NCBI GenBank assembly: GCA_963643985.1
Contig: CAVINP010000001.1
Span: 34-64,033 of the forward strand
Direction of reading: 5' to 3'
Length of the DNA stretch: 64,000 nucleotides
DNA from: a bacterium
GTDB lineage: Bacteria; Bacillota; Clostridia; Christensenellales; Aristaeellaceae
Below, one piece after another: positions 36,671 through 46,216 of the stretch. Below the pieces are notes generated by a model. That model saw nothing but the letters and a program-made list of their open reading frames with translations, searched no databases and was not told the origin of the DNA. The translations under genes and the position numbers were made by a program. Each line of letters opens with the position of its first letter. Position 1 is the stretch's first letter.

Positions 36671-36778
36671 GCGCAATCCTCCTTCGCTTTTATCATACCA
36701 CATAAACGCGCGAACTGCAACGAGGTTTACAAAGAAACAAGGACGAGGGATCAGGCGCTTGTTCCCGATCCCTCGTCC

Positions 36779-38119
36779 TTATATTTTGCTGCCGTTGCTT
36801 GCAATCACGTCTGCATACCACTTTGCGCTGTCCTTCGGGATGCGCCTGAGGGTCGGATAGTCGATGTAGATCAGGCCGAAGCGCTCGGTGTAGCCGCTGT
36901 GCCATTCGAAGTTGTCCGTCAGCGACCAGTGGAAGAAGCCGCGCACGTCGGCAATATCTGCGGCACGTCCGAGGCTTTTCAGATAGCGGTGCAGGAAGTC
37001 GATGCGGTCCGGATCGTGCACACAGCCATCCAGAAAGATGCGGTCATTGCAGCTCTGTCCGCACTCGGTGATGTAGATCGGCAAGCCGTAGCGTTCGTGC
37101 AGGGCCGTCATGCCCTCTTCCATGATCTCGGGCGTGATCGGCCACTTCAGTGCCGTGCGGGCGCAACCTCTCTCGCGCGGCAGGTAGACGGCACGGCCCT
37201 CTGCGTCTGAGGCGACCTCGTTGCCGTTGTAGGCATTGATGCCGATCATGTCCGGCAGCGCATGCATGCAGTCCCACTCCTCGGGCGTGACCGTCTGCAT
37301 CAGATCGGCCAGTGCACCCGGTTCGGGAGAGACGTGTCCAAAGCAGATTGCATCCAGCACGGCGCTGTGCGTAAACATCCATTCTTCGTCCGTCAGGCGA
37401 AAGGTCTCGCGCTTCGCCGCATCCCTGTCGCAGGGCGCATGTCCGTAGCAGAGGCGGCCGGTCGAGGCCAGTCCGACGGCGGCAGACGGATCCGCACCGC
37501 GTATGGCACGCGCGGCAAGCCCGTGGGATATCATCAGATGCTTCCAGCACAAAAAGAGCCTGGGCAGCGGATACCGGCGGCCCGGCGCATGAACGCCGTT
37601 CGCATAGCCGAGCTGCAGCACGATCTGCGGCTCATTGAGCGTGAAATAGCGGGAAACGCGCCCCCGGAAGTGTTCGGCCATATGTCCGGCAAAGCGGGCG
37701 AAAGCCTCGGCCGTGCCGCCCTCGAGCCAGCCGCCGCGCTCCTCGAGCGCCTGCGGCAGTTCCCAGTGATAGAGCGTTATCCAGGGCGTGATGCCGTGCT
37801 TCAGGCAGCAGTCCACCACGCGGTCATAGTAGGCCAGCCCCTCCCCGTTCCAATTGCCGTCGCCCATGGGGTCCACGCGTGCCCAACTCGTTGAAAAGCG
37901 GTAGTGGCGTATGCCGAGCTTCGCCATTTCGGCAATGTCCTCTTCGTAGCGGTGGTAGGCATCGCAGGCCACGGCGATGTTTTCGCCGCCCGCAATTGCG
38001 CCGTCCCTGCGGCAGAACGCGTCCCAGATGCTCTCGCCGCCGTCGTCCTCTGTCGAATAACCTTCGATCTGGCAGGCCGAGGAGGCCGCACCCCAGACAA
38101 AATCCTTTGCAAATGCCAT
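36779..38119 (-). CDS. GH1 beta-glucosidase
   Basis: FVWGAASSACQIEGY, acid/base TLNEP and nucleophile YITECG. 446 aa. Confidence 0.9.
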   Translation of the reverse strand: MAFAKDFVWGAASSACQIEGYSTEDDGGESIWDAFCRRDGAIAGGENIAVACDAYHRYEEDIAEMAKLGIRHYRFSTSWARVDPMGDGNWNGEGLAYYDRVVDCCLKHGITPWITLYHWELPQALEERGGWLEGGTAEAFARFAGHMAEHFRGRVSRYFTLNEPQIVLQLGYANGVHAPGRRYPLPRLFLCWKHLMISHGLAARAIRGADPSAAVGLASTGRLCYGHAPCDRDAAKRETFRLTDEEWMFTHSAVLDAICFGHVSPEPGALADLMQTVTPEEWDCMHALPDMIGINAYNGNEVASDAEGRAVYLPRERGCARTALKWPITPEIMEEGMTALHERYGLPIYITECGQSCNDRIFLDGCVHDPDRIDFLHRYLKSLGRAADIADVRGFFHWSLTDNFEWHSGYTERFGLIYIDYPTLRRIPKDSAKWYADVIASNGSKI

Positions 38120-38120
38120 A

Positions 38121-40559
38121 TTAAACCCCCATCACGACGCGCACGGCCACACTCTTCCCTGCCTCGACCGGTTTGAGCAGGTTGCCGCTCTGCATCTTTT
38201 CGTCCACCCGGACTTCCTTCACGCCGCACTGTGCGCCGTCCGGGTTCTCAATCTCAATATGATACGTCGCGCCGCGGAAGCGTCGGGTGAGCGATATGTG
38301 CTTCCATTCGGCGGGGATGCAGGGCGATATGCGCAGGCCGTCCAACTCGGGACGGATGCCCAGTATGGCCTGCGATACCGATACGAACGTCCATGCGGCC
38401 GTACCGGTCAGCCAGCTGTTCTTGGCCTCACCGAAACTCGGGGCATCCTTGCCCGCGACCATCTGGCTGTAGACGTAGGGCTCGGTGCGGTGGATCTCGC
38501 TGATGTCCTCCAGATAGGCCGGGCATATTTTGCGGTAGGTCTCAAAGGCGCGGTTGCCGTGCCCCAGTACCGTCTCGGCACAGGTGATCCACGGATTGTT
38601 GTGGCAGAATATGCCCGCATTCTCCTTGTATCCGGGCGGATAGGAACTGATTTCGCCCAGGTTCAGGTGGTACTGCGTGTAGGCGGGCTGCAACAGCACG
38701 ATGCCGTAGCGGCTGTCGAGATGTTTTTCAACGCTTGCAAGCGCACGCGCCGCCTCGCCGCTTTCCACGCCGATGCCGGCCATGACGCACATGCCCTGCG
38801 GCTCGATGAATATCCGGCCCTCTTTGCATTCCCTGCTGCCGACGCTCTTTCCGAAGGCATCGTAGGCGCGGCGGAACCACTCGCCGTCCCAGCCCGCGTC
38901 CAGCACGCTCTGCTCCATGCGCTCAACCTGCTCCTGTGCTTCCCCGGCCTCGGCAGTCAGCCCCAGATGCGCACAGATGTCGGCGTAAGCCCTGCCGTAC
39001 TTGACAAACATGCCCGCAATGAACACGGATTCCGCCACGGGGCCCTCGCTGGGGCCGGTGATCTGGAAGCTCTCTCCGGGATGTGATGAGAAGCAGTTGA
39101 GGTTGAGGCAGTCGTTCCAGTCTGCACGGCCGATCAGCGGCAGTCTGTGCGGCCCCAGATGTGTGACGGTAAAATTGAAGCTTCTGCGCAGATGTTCCAT
39201 GAGGGAAGCCGCATCGTCTTTATTGCAGTCAAAGGTCACCGTCTCGTCCAGTATCGACCAGTCCCCCGTCTCGCGCAGATAGGCATCCACGCCCGCGATG
39301 AGCCAGAGCGGATCGTCGTTGAAGCCGCTGCCCACGGCCATATTGCCCTTTTTCGTCAGCGGCTGATACTGGTGATAGGCACTGCCGTCCGCAAACTGGG
39401 TGGCGGCGATGTCCAGTATGCGCTCGCGTGCACGCTCGGGAATGATGTGCACAAAGCCCAGCAGATCCTGGCAGGAATCGCGAAAGCCCATGCCGCGCCC
39501 CATGCCGCTTTCAAAGTAGCTGGCCGAGCGGCTCATGTTGAAGGTGACCATGCACTGGTACTGGTTCCAGATATTGACCATGCGGTCGAGCTTTTCATCA
39601 CCGCTGTGCACACGGTAGCTGCCCAGAAGTTCGTCCCAGTGGTGCTTCAGCGACTCCATGGCGGCATCAAAGTCGGCATTGCTGCCGTAGCGGGCAATCA
39701 TGGCGTGCGCACGTTCCTTGTTGATCACGCCCGGGGATGCGAATTTTTCGTCCTCGGGGTTTTCGATGTAGCCCAGACCCAGCAGCAGCGTCTGCGTCTC
39801 ATGCGGCGCGAGCGCTATGTGAAACTGCATCGCGCCCACGGGGGCCCAGCCGTGACAGACAGAACCCGTGCAACTGCCGCGTACCACCGCTTCGGGCAGG
39901 GCGGGCGAACCGTATACGCCGATGAAGGCATCGCGGGCCGTGTCAAAGCCGTCAAAGGGACGGCTGCTCCACATCACGGCGTAGTGGTTGCGGCGCTCGC
40001 GGTACTCGGACTTGTGGTAGATGGCGTTGTCCTCGATCTCGACCTCGCCGATGGAGAAGTTGCGCTGGAAGTTCGAGCCGTCGTCCATGGCATCCCAGAG
40101 GCAGAACTCCACATAGGGAAACACATCGAGCGTCCTTGGCGCGTCATTTCCGTTTGTAATGCGCAGCTGCACGAGCATACAGTTCTCGCCCTGCGGCACG
40201 AGCAGCGTCTGCCCGGCCGTAATGCCGTCCTTTTCGCCTTCGATCACGCTGTAGCCCAGACCATGGCGGCAGGAGTAGCCGTCAAGGTCACACTTGCAGG
40301 GTTGCCAGCCGGGGTTCCAGAGGGTATTTCCGTCCTTTATATAGATATGAAAGCCTTCCTGATCGGTCGGGGAGTTGTTGTAGCGGTAGCGGGTCAGACG
40401 GCGCAGCCTCGCATCGCGATAGAAGCAGTAGCCGCCCGCCGTGTTGGACAGAAGCGCGAAAAAATCCTCGTTTCCGAGATAATTGATCCACGGCAGCGGC
40501 GTGCGCGGATTCGTGATGACGTACTCGCGACGATCGTCGTCAAAGTGGCCGAATTGCAT
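38121..40559 (-). CDS. GH94 cellobiose / cellodextrin (or chitobiose) phosphorylase
   Basis: 812 aa. N-terminus [29 protein letters not shown] is characteristic of cellobiose phosphorylases. Confidence 0.9.
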   Translation of the reverse strand: MQFGHFDDDRREYVITNPRTPLPWINYLGNEDFFALLSNTAGGYCFYRDARLRRLTRYRYNNSPTDQEGFHIYIKDGNTLWNPGWQPCKCDLDGYSCRHGLGYSVIEGEKDGITAGQTLLVPQGENCMLVQLRITNGNDAPRTLDVFPYVEFCLWDAMDDGSNFQRNFSIGEVEIEDNAIYHKSEYRERRNHYAVMWSSRPFDGFDTARDAFIGVYGSPALPEAVVRGSCTGSVCHGWAPVGAMQFHIALAPHETQTLLLGLGYIENPEDEKFASPGVINKERAHAMIARYGSNADFDAAMESLKHHWDELLGSYRVHSGDEKLDRMVNIWNQYQCMVTFNMSRSASYFESGMGRGMGFRDSCQDLLGFVHIIPERARERILDIAATQFADGSAYHQYQPLTKKGNMAVGSGFNDDPLWLIAGVDAYLRETGDWSILDETVTFDCNKDDAASLMEHLRRSFNFTVTHLGPHRLPLIGRADWNDCLNLNCFSSHPGESFQITGPSEGPVAESVFIAGMFVKYGRAYADICAHLGLTAEAGEAQEQVERMEQSVLDAGWDGEWFRRAYDAFGKSVGSRECKEGRIFIEPQGMCVMAGIGVESGEAARALASVEKHLDSRYGIVLLQPAYTQYHLNLGEISSYPPGYKENAGIFCHNNPWITCAETVLGHGNRAFETYRKICPAYLEDISEIHRTEPYVYSQMVAGKDAPSFGEAKNSWLTGTAAWTFVSVSQAILGIRPELDGLRISPCIPAEWKHISLTRRFRGATYHIEIENPDGAQCGVKEVRVDEKMQSGNLLKPVEAGKSVAVRVVMGV

Positions 40560-40595
40560 GCGGATAACCTCCTTCGTCCGATTCGTGCAGGATTT

Positions 40596-40609
40596 CGAAA
40601 ACGTTTAAG
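40596..40609. promoter_or_regulatory. LacI-type operator O1 upstream of the GH94 gene
   Basis: CGAAAACGTTTAAG with a palindromic AAACGTTT core, 37-50 nt upstream of the start at 40559. Confidence 0.6.
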
Positions 40610-40846
40610 TTTAGCAGTTTGCTCAAGTCTCACTGACAGTATAGTGTATTTCAACGAAAAAATCAAGACATATCTTTCATTTTATCCCTTATTTTGTCCT
40701 TTGTGGGGTGATGAAAAAGAACTGCGAAATGTTCGCCCGTCAGTCAGCATAATTTTGGATCGCTATTTTGCGGCATATCGACGAATATTCGGGAACAGTG
40801 CAAAAAACACTTGCTTTTTTGGCAATAATGCGCTATCTTATAAGTG

Positions 40847-40860
40847 CGAAAACGATTAAG
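40847..40860. promoter_or_regulatory. LacI-type operator O2 upstream of the lacI-family gene
   Basis: CGAAAACGATTAAG matches O1 at 13 of 14 positions, 55 nt upstream of the ATG at 40915. Confidence 0.55.
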
Positions 40861-40914
40861 ATTGTTTCGCTAAGGGAACTGATTAAACGAGGAGGCGTTG
40901 CGTGCGTGGTATCC

Positions 40915-41928
40915 ATGAAGGACATTGCCAAGGCCTGCGGCGTCTCCGTTGCGACGGTCAGCAAGGCGCTCTCGGGGCAGCCGGACATCGGTGCCCGGAC
41001 GCGCGAGCTGGTGCAGAAGACCGCCGATGATCTGGGCTACATGGCCAACTCCGCCGCGCGGGCGCTCAAGACGAGGCGCACCTACAACATCGGCGTGCTC
41101 TTCGTGGATGAGCAGCGCAGCGGTCTGGCACACGAATATTTCTCGCCCGTGCTCGAGAGCCTCAAGGCCGAGGCCGAGCAGAGCGGCTACGACATCACCT
41201 TCATCAACCGCAACGTCGGCAAAAAGAGTGCGACCTACCTGCAGCACTGCCTCTACCGCAGTGTGGACGGCGTGGTGATCGCCAGCGTGAATTTCAACGA
41301 CCCACAGGTCATCGAGCTGGTCGAATCCGATCTGCCGCTGGTGACCATCGACCACGTGTTCAACAACCGCGCCGCCGTCATCTCCGACAACGTGCGCGGC
41401 ATGGAAGAACTGGTGCGCTACATCTACGCACAGGGGCATCGCCGCATCGCGCTGATTCACGGCGAACGCACCGCCGTCACGGAAAACCGTCTGACCGGCT
41501 TCTACCGTGCTTGCGAGCAACTGGGGCTTCAGATACCGGAGGCCTACATCCGCGAGGGCGTGTACCACGACCCGGACGGCTGTGCAAAGCTGACGGAGCA
41601 GCTGCTGCGCCTGAGCGATCGGCCCGACTGCATACTGATGCCCGATGACTTTTCGGCGCTGGGCGGCCTGAACGCCATACGGCGCATGGGGCTGCGCGTA
41701 CCGGAGGACATCAGCATCACCGGCTACGACGGCATACAGCTCTCCCGCGTGATGAGTCCCGCACTGACCACCTACGCCCAGGACACCGCAGCCATCGGCA
41801 GGGCCGCCGCAGCCAAGCTCATCGATCTGATCGAGAAGCCGCGCACGACGCTGACGGACCGGATACTGATACCGGGACACCTGCTGCAGGGGCAGTCGGT
41901 GAAGCTGTTGTCAGGGAATAGGGGTTAG
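40915..41928 (+). CDS. LacI-family transcriptional regulator
   Basis: MKDIAKACGVSVATVSKALSG HTH followed by a periplasmic-binding-protein-like fold. GGAGG RBS region. Confidence 0.92.
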   Translation: MKDIAKACGVSVATVSKALSGQPDIGARTRELVQKTADDLGYMANSAARALKTRRTYNIGVLFVDEQRSGLAHEYFSPVLESLKAEAEQSGYDITFINRNVGKKSATYLQHCLYRSVDGVVIASVNFNDPQVIELVESDLPLVTIDHVFNNRAAVISDNVRGMEELVRYIYAQGHRRIALIHGERTAVTENRLTGFYRACEQLGLQIPEAYIREGVYHDPDGCAKLTEQLLRLSDRPDCILMPDDFSALGGLNAIRRMGLRVPEDISITGYDGIQLSRVMSPALTTYAQDTAAIGRAAAAKLIDLIEKPRTTLTDRILIPGHLLQGQSVKLLSGNRG

Positions 41929-42103
41929 GGATCAGGAAACAGTGCCAGGCAAAAACCTGCCGCCCCTGAAAGGGGAGGCATGAGCAGTTGCTGCGCAGCG
42001 GCTGAAGGACTCACCACCAGACCGGTCACCGGCCACTCACACGGGTGATATCTGCGTCATGCAGAACACATACAGTACGTATCAATTTGGAGGAGGAAAA
42101 ATC

Positions 42104-43396
42104 ATGAAAAAGTCTCTGGCTCTGTTGCTTGCAGTCCTGATGCTCACGGCGACGTTTGCGGGCTGCACGTCCCTGGCCGAAGCCGAAGAGGGCAAGGTCT
42201 TCAACATCTACGCATGGAACGAAGAATTCAAGGGCTTCTTTGAAAAGTACTACACGGTGCCCGAAGGCGTCACCGTCAACTGGATCATCACCCCCAGCAA
42301 CGACGGCGCATACCAGGACAAACTGGACGAAGCACTGCTGAACCAGGAGAACGCCTCCGCCGACGAGAAGGTTGACCTTTTCCTGGCCGAGGCCGACTAC
42401 ATCCAGAAGTACACCGAGTCCTCCGCAACGCAGGACGTCACCGCTCTGGGCGTGACCGATTTCTCCAACACCTATGAGTACACCGTGCAGACCGCTTCCG
42501 ATGCCAACGGCGTCGTGAAGGGTGTTTCCTTCCAGTGCTGCCCCGCCGCGCTGATCTACCGCCGCTCCATCGCCAAGGATGTGCTGGGCACGGACGATCC
42601 CGCTGAGGTGCAGGAACTGCTGGGCGATTGGGACAAGTTCAACGCCGTTGCCGCTCAGGCCGCGGAAAAGGGCTATCTCATGACCGCATCCGAAGTCGCA
42701 ACCTATCGCGTGTTCTCCAACAACGTCTCTTCCCCGTGGGTAGACGCGGACAACAACCTGCAGATCGACCCCGCCATCCGGACCTGGATGCAGCAGGCGA
42801 AGGATTTCTCCGACAAGGGCTACACGCTCGACTGCGACATCTGGTCTGACGAGTGCACCGCTCAGATGTTCGCCGACGGCAAGGCCATGTGCTACTTTGG
42901 GCCTGCCTGGTACTTCAACTTCTCCATGGGCAATGCTCAGGATGCCGAGAAGGGCTGCTACGGCGATTGGGCCATCTGCGAAGGCCCGCAGGCGCACTTC
43001 TGGGGCGGCACCTGGCTGCTCGCGCCCACCGGCACGGACAACCCCACCATGGTGGCTGACATCATGAACACCTTCATCAACGACGAGGAAGTCTGCACCG
43101 CGCTGGTCAAGAACGAGGCGCAGTTCTCCAACAACAAGAAGGTCAACGAGGCCGTGGCACAGGATCCCGAGTACGGCAACGCCTTCCTGGGCGGCCAGAA
43201 CGACATCGCCATGTTCTGCGAGATGGCCGGCAACATCGTCTTCGAGAACCACACCATCTATGACCAGCTGCTCAACGAGGGCCTGCAGGCCAACTGGAGA
43301 GAGTACTGCAAGGGCACCGTCACCGAGGAAGAGGCCATGAGCAACTTCTACAAGTACATCAACGAGAAGTATCCCTCCATCGTCACCCCGTCGTAA
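42104..43396 (+). CDS. Carbohydrate ABC transporter substrate-binding lipoprotein
   Basis: GGAGGAGG RBS. Lipobox LTATFAGC. 430 aa, SBP_bac_1-like. Confidence 0.85.
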   Translation: MKKSLALLLAVLMLTATFAGCTSLAEAEEGKVFNIYAWNEEFKGFFEKYYTVPEGVTVNWIITPSNDGAYQDKLDEALLNQENASADEKVDLFLAEADYIQKYTESSATQDVTALGVTDFSNTYEYTVQTASDANGVVKGVSFQCCPAALIYRRSIAKDVLGTDDPAEVQELLGDWDKFNAVAAQAAEKGYLMTASEVATYRVFSNNVSSPWVDADNNLQIDPAIRTWMQQAKDFSDKGYTLDCDIWSDECTAQMFADGKAMCYFGPAWYFNFSMGNAQDAEKGCYGDWAICEGPQAHFWGGTWLLAPTGTDNPTMVADIMNTFINDEEVCTALVKNEAQFSNNKKVNEAVAQDPEYGNAFLGGQNDIAMFCEMAGNIVFENHTIYDQLLNEGLQANWREYCKGTVTEEEAMSNFYKYINEKYPSIVTPS

Positions 43397-43417
43397 TCAC
43401 ACACAATCAGGCCATTG

Positions 43418-43441
43418 GGGGCAGGGCACTTGCCCTGCCCC
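43418..43441 (+). terminator. Intercistronic GC-rich stem-loop after the binding-protein gene
   Basis: GGGGCAGGGCA-CT-TGCCCTGCCCC, a 10-11 bp stem lying between the binding-protein and permease genes. Confidence 0.55.
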
Positions 43442-43472
43442 ATATATAATGAAGAAAACGGAGGAAATCATC

Positions 43473-44423
43473 ATGAGCAGGCAGCCGAAAGCGCTGAAGG
43501 TGCACGGGCATTCGAAGATCAGCTACGCCAAGTGGGGCTATCTGTTCGTCCTGCCTTTCCTTCTGGTCTACGCCGTCTTTCATCTGGCCCCGCAGCTGCT
43601 GACCATCTACAACAGCTTCTTTGAGAACTATCGCGAGGGCCTCAACCAGGTCGGCCCGAATTTCGTGGGCCTGCAGAACTACGTCAAGCTCTTCACGCCC
43701 GACAAGAACGGCACCATCGACATACTCAAGTACACCTGGAACACGATCGTGCTCTGGGTGGGCGGCGCGATACCGCAGATCATCATCGCGCTGCTGCTGG
43801 CGATATTCTTCACCAGCTATCGTCTGAAGATCCGCGGCCAGCGCTTCTTCAAGACCGTCATCTACATGCCCAACCTCATCATGGCCTCGGCCTTCTCGAT
43901 GCTGTTCTACATGCTCTTCTCCAACGTCGGCCCGATCAATACGCTGCTGCAACAGGCAGGCTGGATCGACACGCCGATCGACTTTTTCAGCATCAAGATC
44001 ACCGTGCGCTCACTGATCTGCTTTATGAACTTTTTGATGTGGTTCGGCAACACCACCATACTGTTCATGGCCGGCATCATGGGCATCGATCAGAGTCTTT
44101 TCGAGGCGGCGAACATCGACGGCGCGAACTCCGTACAGACCTTCTTCAAAGTCACGCTGCCGCTGCTCAAGCCGATACTGATCTACACCATCATCACCGC
44201 GCTCATCGGCGGCCTGCAGATGTTTGATGTGCCGCAGGTGCTCACCAACGGCAGCGGCACGCCGAATCGCACATCGACCACGCTGGTCATGTACCTGAAC
44301 AGCTATCTCAAAACCAGCAAAAACTACGGCATGGCAGGTGCTATCTCCGTATTCATATTCATCATCACCGGCCTGCTGAGCATCATCGTGTTCAAGTCGC
44401 TGACGAAAAAGGAAGAAAGGTAA
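43473..44423 (+). CDS. Carbohydrate ABC transporter permease (MalF/UgpA-like)
   Basis: GGAGG RBS 8 nt upstream. EAA loop EAANIDGANSVQTFFKVTLPLL. Confidence 0.9.
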   Translation: MSRQPKALKVHGHSKISYAKWGYLFVLPFLLVYAVFHLAPQLLTIYNSFFENYREGLNQVGPNFVGLQNYVKLFTPDKNGTIDILKYTWNTIVLWVGGAIPQIIIALLLAIFFTSYRLKIRGQRFFKTVIYMPNLIMASAFSMLFYMLFSNVGPINTLLQQAGWIDTPIDFFSIKITVRSLICFMNFLMWFGNTTILFMAGIMGIDQSLFEAANIDGANSVQTFFKVTLPLLKPILIYTIITALIGGLQMFDVPQVLTNGSGTPNRTSTTLVMYLNSYLKTSKNYGMAGAISVFIFIITGLLSIIVFKSLTKKEER

Positions 44424-44435
44424 GGAGGGTCTGAC

Positions 44436-45299
44436 ATGAACAACAACGACAGCCGAAAGGCCAAAAACATGCTGACCGTCAGCCGCATACTGGTCTATGT
44501 GCTGCTGATTTTCCTGACGGTGCTCTGCCTGTTCTCCTTCTACATGCTCATCGTCAACGCCTCGCGCACGAACGCGGACCTGCAGGGCGGCTTCAAGGCA
44601 CTGCCGCAGGGGCATTTCCTGGAGAACCTGAAAAACGCCTGGAACGATGCGTCCATCAACATTCCCCGCGGCATGCTCAACAGCTTCATCGTGGCCGCGC
44701 TGACGGCGCTCGTGTCCACCTATTTCTCCGCGCTGACCGCCTACGGCATCTACGCCTATGAATTCAGGTTCAAAAGGGCGCTGCTCACATTCATACTGGC
44801 CGTCATGGTCATCCCCAAGCAGGTCTCGGCGGCGGGCTTTGTGCAGCTGTGCTACAAGTATCACCTGACCAACAGCTACATACCGCTGATCGTGCCTGCC
44901 GTGGCAGCACCGGTCGTGTTCTTCTACATGATACAGTACATGAAGAGTGTACTGCCCATGGAGATCGTCGAGGCGGCGCGCGTGGACGGCTCAAACGAAT
45001 TCCACACATTCAACCGCATCATACTGCCCATGCTCAAGCCGGCCTGCGCCGTGCAGCTGATATTCACCTTCGTCGAATCCTGGAACAACTACTTCCTGCC
45101 CGCGCTGATACTGGACAAGGCCGAGATGAAGACCGTGCCGATCATGATCGCGCAGCTGCGTGCCGCGGACTATTCCAAGTTTGACCTGGGCAAGGTCTAC
45201 ATGTTCATACTGCTGGCCATACTGCCGGTGCTGATCGTGTACATCTTCCTGTCGCGCTTCATCATCAAGGGTGTCACCGCAGGATCGGTCAAGGGATGA
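44436..45299 (+). CDS. Carbohydrate ABC transporter permease (MalG/UgpE-like)
   Basis: AGGAGG RBS. EAA loop EAARVDGSNEFHTFNRIILPML. Confidence 0.9.
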   Translation: MNNNDSRKAKNMLTVSRILVYVLLIFLTVLCLFSFYMLIVNASRTNADLQGGFKALPQGHFLENLKNAWNDASINIPRGMLNSFIVAALTALVSTYFSALTAYGIYAYEFRFKRALLTFILAVMVIPKQVSAAGFVQLCYKYHLTNSYIPLIVPAVAAPVVFFYMIQYMKSVLPMEIVEAARVDGSNEFHTFNRIILPMLKPACAVQLIFTFVESWNNYFLPALILDKAEMKTVPIMIAQLRAADYSKFDLGKVYMFILLAILPVLIVYIFLSRFIIKGVTAGSVKG

Positions 45300-45345
45300 G
45301 CGCAGCAGGGCCTGTGAAAAGCCGCGAAAGAATCGAATAAAACGC

Positions 45346-45374
45346 TTGCCATAGTGCCCGTTTTGGTGCATAAT
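45346..45374 (+). promoter_or_regulatory. Promoter with extended -10
   Basis: TTGCCA (45346-45351), a 17-nt spacer ending in TG, then CATAAT (45369-45374). Confidence 0.55.
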
Positions 45375-45410
45375 AGAAGTATCAATCGAGCTTGGAGGTA
45401 TTTTATTCTC

Positions 45411-45842
45411 ATGGATGAAAATAAACAAAACGAGTTTGAAGAGCGCGACGCGACGCTTGATCCCGATCCCGATCCGAAAGCCATGACGGAGGATGAACTG
45501 CAGGAGAGTATACTCGAAGATTCCGGCATGAACGGCTTTCAGCTCTTCATTGCCCGCCTGGACGAGCAGAAGTGGAAGCTGTATCAGAGCATCGCGGGCG
45601 CGGTGCTGGGCATACTGGCAGCCGTGGCACTGTTCTGGGACAGCGGCACGGAGCAGAGCAGTTTTTCCTATGGCCTGATCGTTGCGGTGATCCTCGCCAT
45701 ACTCGTGCCCAACCTGCTGGAGCGCAAGGGGCTGCGCAAGATGAGCCGCCTGCGCGTCGTGATGGCGATCACCTTGGGCGTGATCATCGTGGCCTATTTC
45801 ATCTATATGGGCGTCACGACCGGGTTCAAATTCACGGCGTAA
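45411..45842 (+). CDS. Hypothetical membrane protein (acidic N-terminus, three TM helices)
   Basis: GGAGG RBS at 45394-45398. MDENKQNEFEERD..., then hydrophobic segments AGAVLGILAAVALFW, LIVAVILAILVP and VVMAITLGVIIVAYFIYMG. Confidence 0.5.
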   Translation: MDENKQNEFEERDATLDPDPDPKAMTEDELQESILEDSGMNGFQLFIARLDEQKWKLYQSIAGAVLGILAAVALFWDSGTEQSSFSYGLIVAVILAILVPNLLERKGLRKMSRLRVVMAITLGVIIVAYFIYMGVTTGFKFTA

Positions 45843-46004
45843 GGGATCCCCTGATTAATTCGGCGGCGAATCTGAGCGTGCCTTTCACGGCATCTGCATC
45901 TTGCAGAAATCTCGATTTACATCCAGTAAACCTTCGATTTCTGCAATCGTATCTGCCGCAAAATTCACTGCTCAGCTTGCCACCTCATTTAATCAGTGTA
46001 TCCC
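45843..46004 (+). mobile_element. MITE-like element, C-type (162 bp, imperfect terminal inverted repeats)
   Basis: Left end GGGATCCCCTGATTAA against right end TTAATCAGTGTATCCC. The interior is collinear with and similar to the M-type element (shared GATTTAC[CA]TCCAGTAAACC core). Internal 11-bp hairpin TTGCAGAAATC/GATTTCTGCAA. Confidence 0.65.
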
Positions 46005-46036
46005 AAGTTTTTGACGAGATCTTAAAATAAACCGAT

Positions 46037-46065
46037 TTGCAATTTCAATCTGCTTTTGTTATAAT
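46037..46065 (+). promoter_or_regulatory. Promoter of the MATE transporter gene
   Basis: TTGCAA (46037-46042), a 17-nt spacer, then TATAAT (46060-46065). A 150-nt leader follows. Confidence 0.65.
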
Positions 46066-46216
46066 CCGTTCACAACGTGTGGCTTCCCTGCGTAAATCCG
46101 GTTGCAGAGAAGCTATGCGTTTTTTGTTTCGCAGACCAGAATCGTGCAGCATTGAATGCGTAAGTCCGGATTTCACGGGCTGTGCATTTTTTGACTCGAA
46201 AGGGAGTACGATTTTG

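Noticed and set aside
39147-40859. 570-aa plus-strand ORF antisense to the GH94 phosphorylase that extends into the lacI control region
   Set aside because: It shows no motifs and biased composition, and it crosses an AT-rich intergenic region. The GH94 frame is unambiguous.
46066-46216. MATE leader as a guanidine riboswitch (ykkC / mini-ykkC) or another known efflux-associated riboswitch
   Set aside because: I could not find the ACGR-loop hairpin pair of mini-ykkC or the conserved ykkC core. The only ACG-containing hairpin (CACAACGTGTG) has an ACGT centre in a palindrome. I report it only as an unclassified leader.
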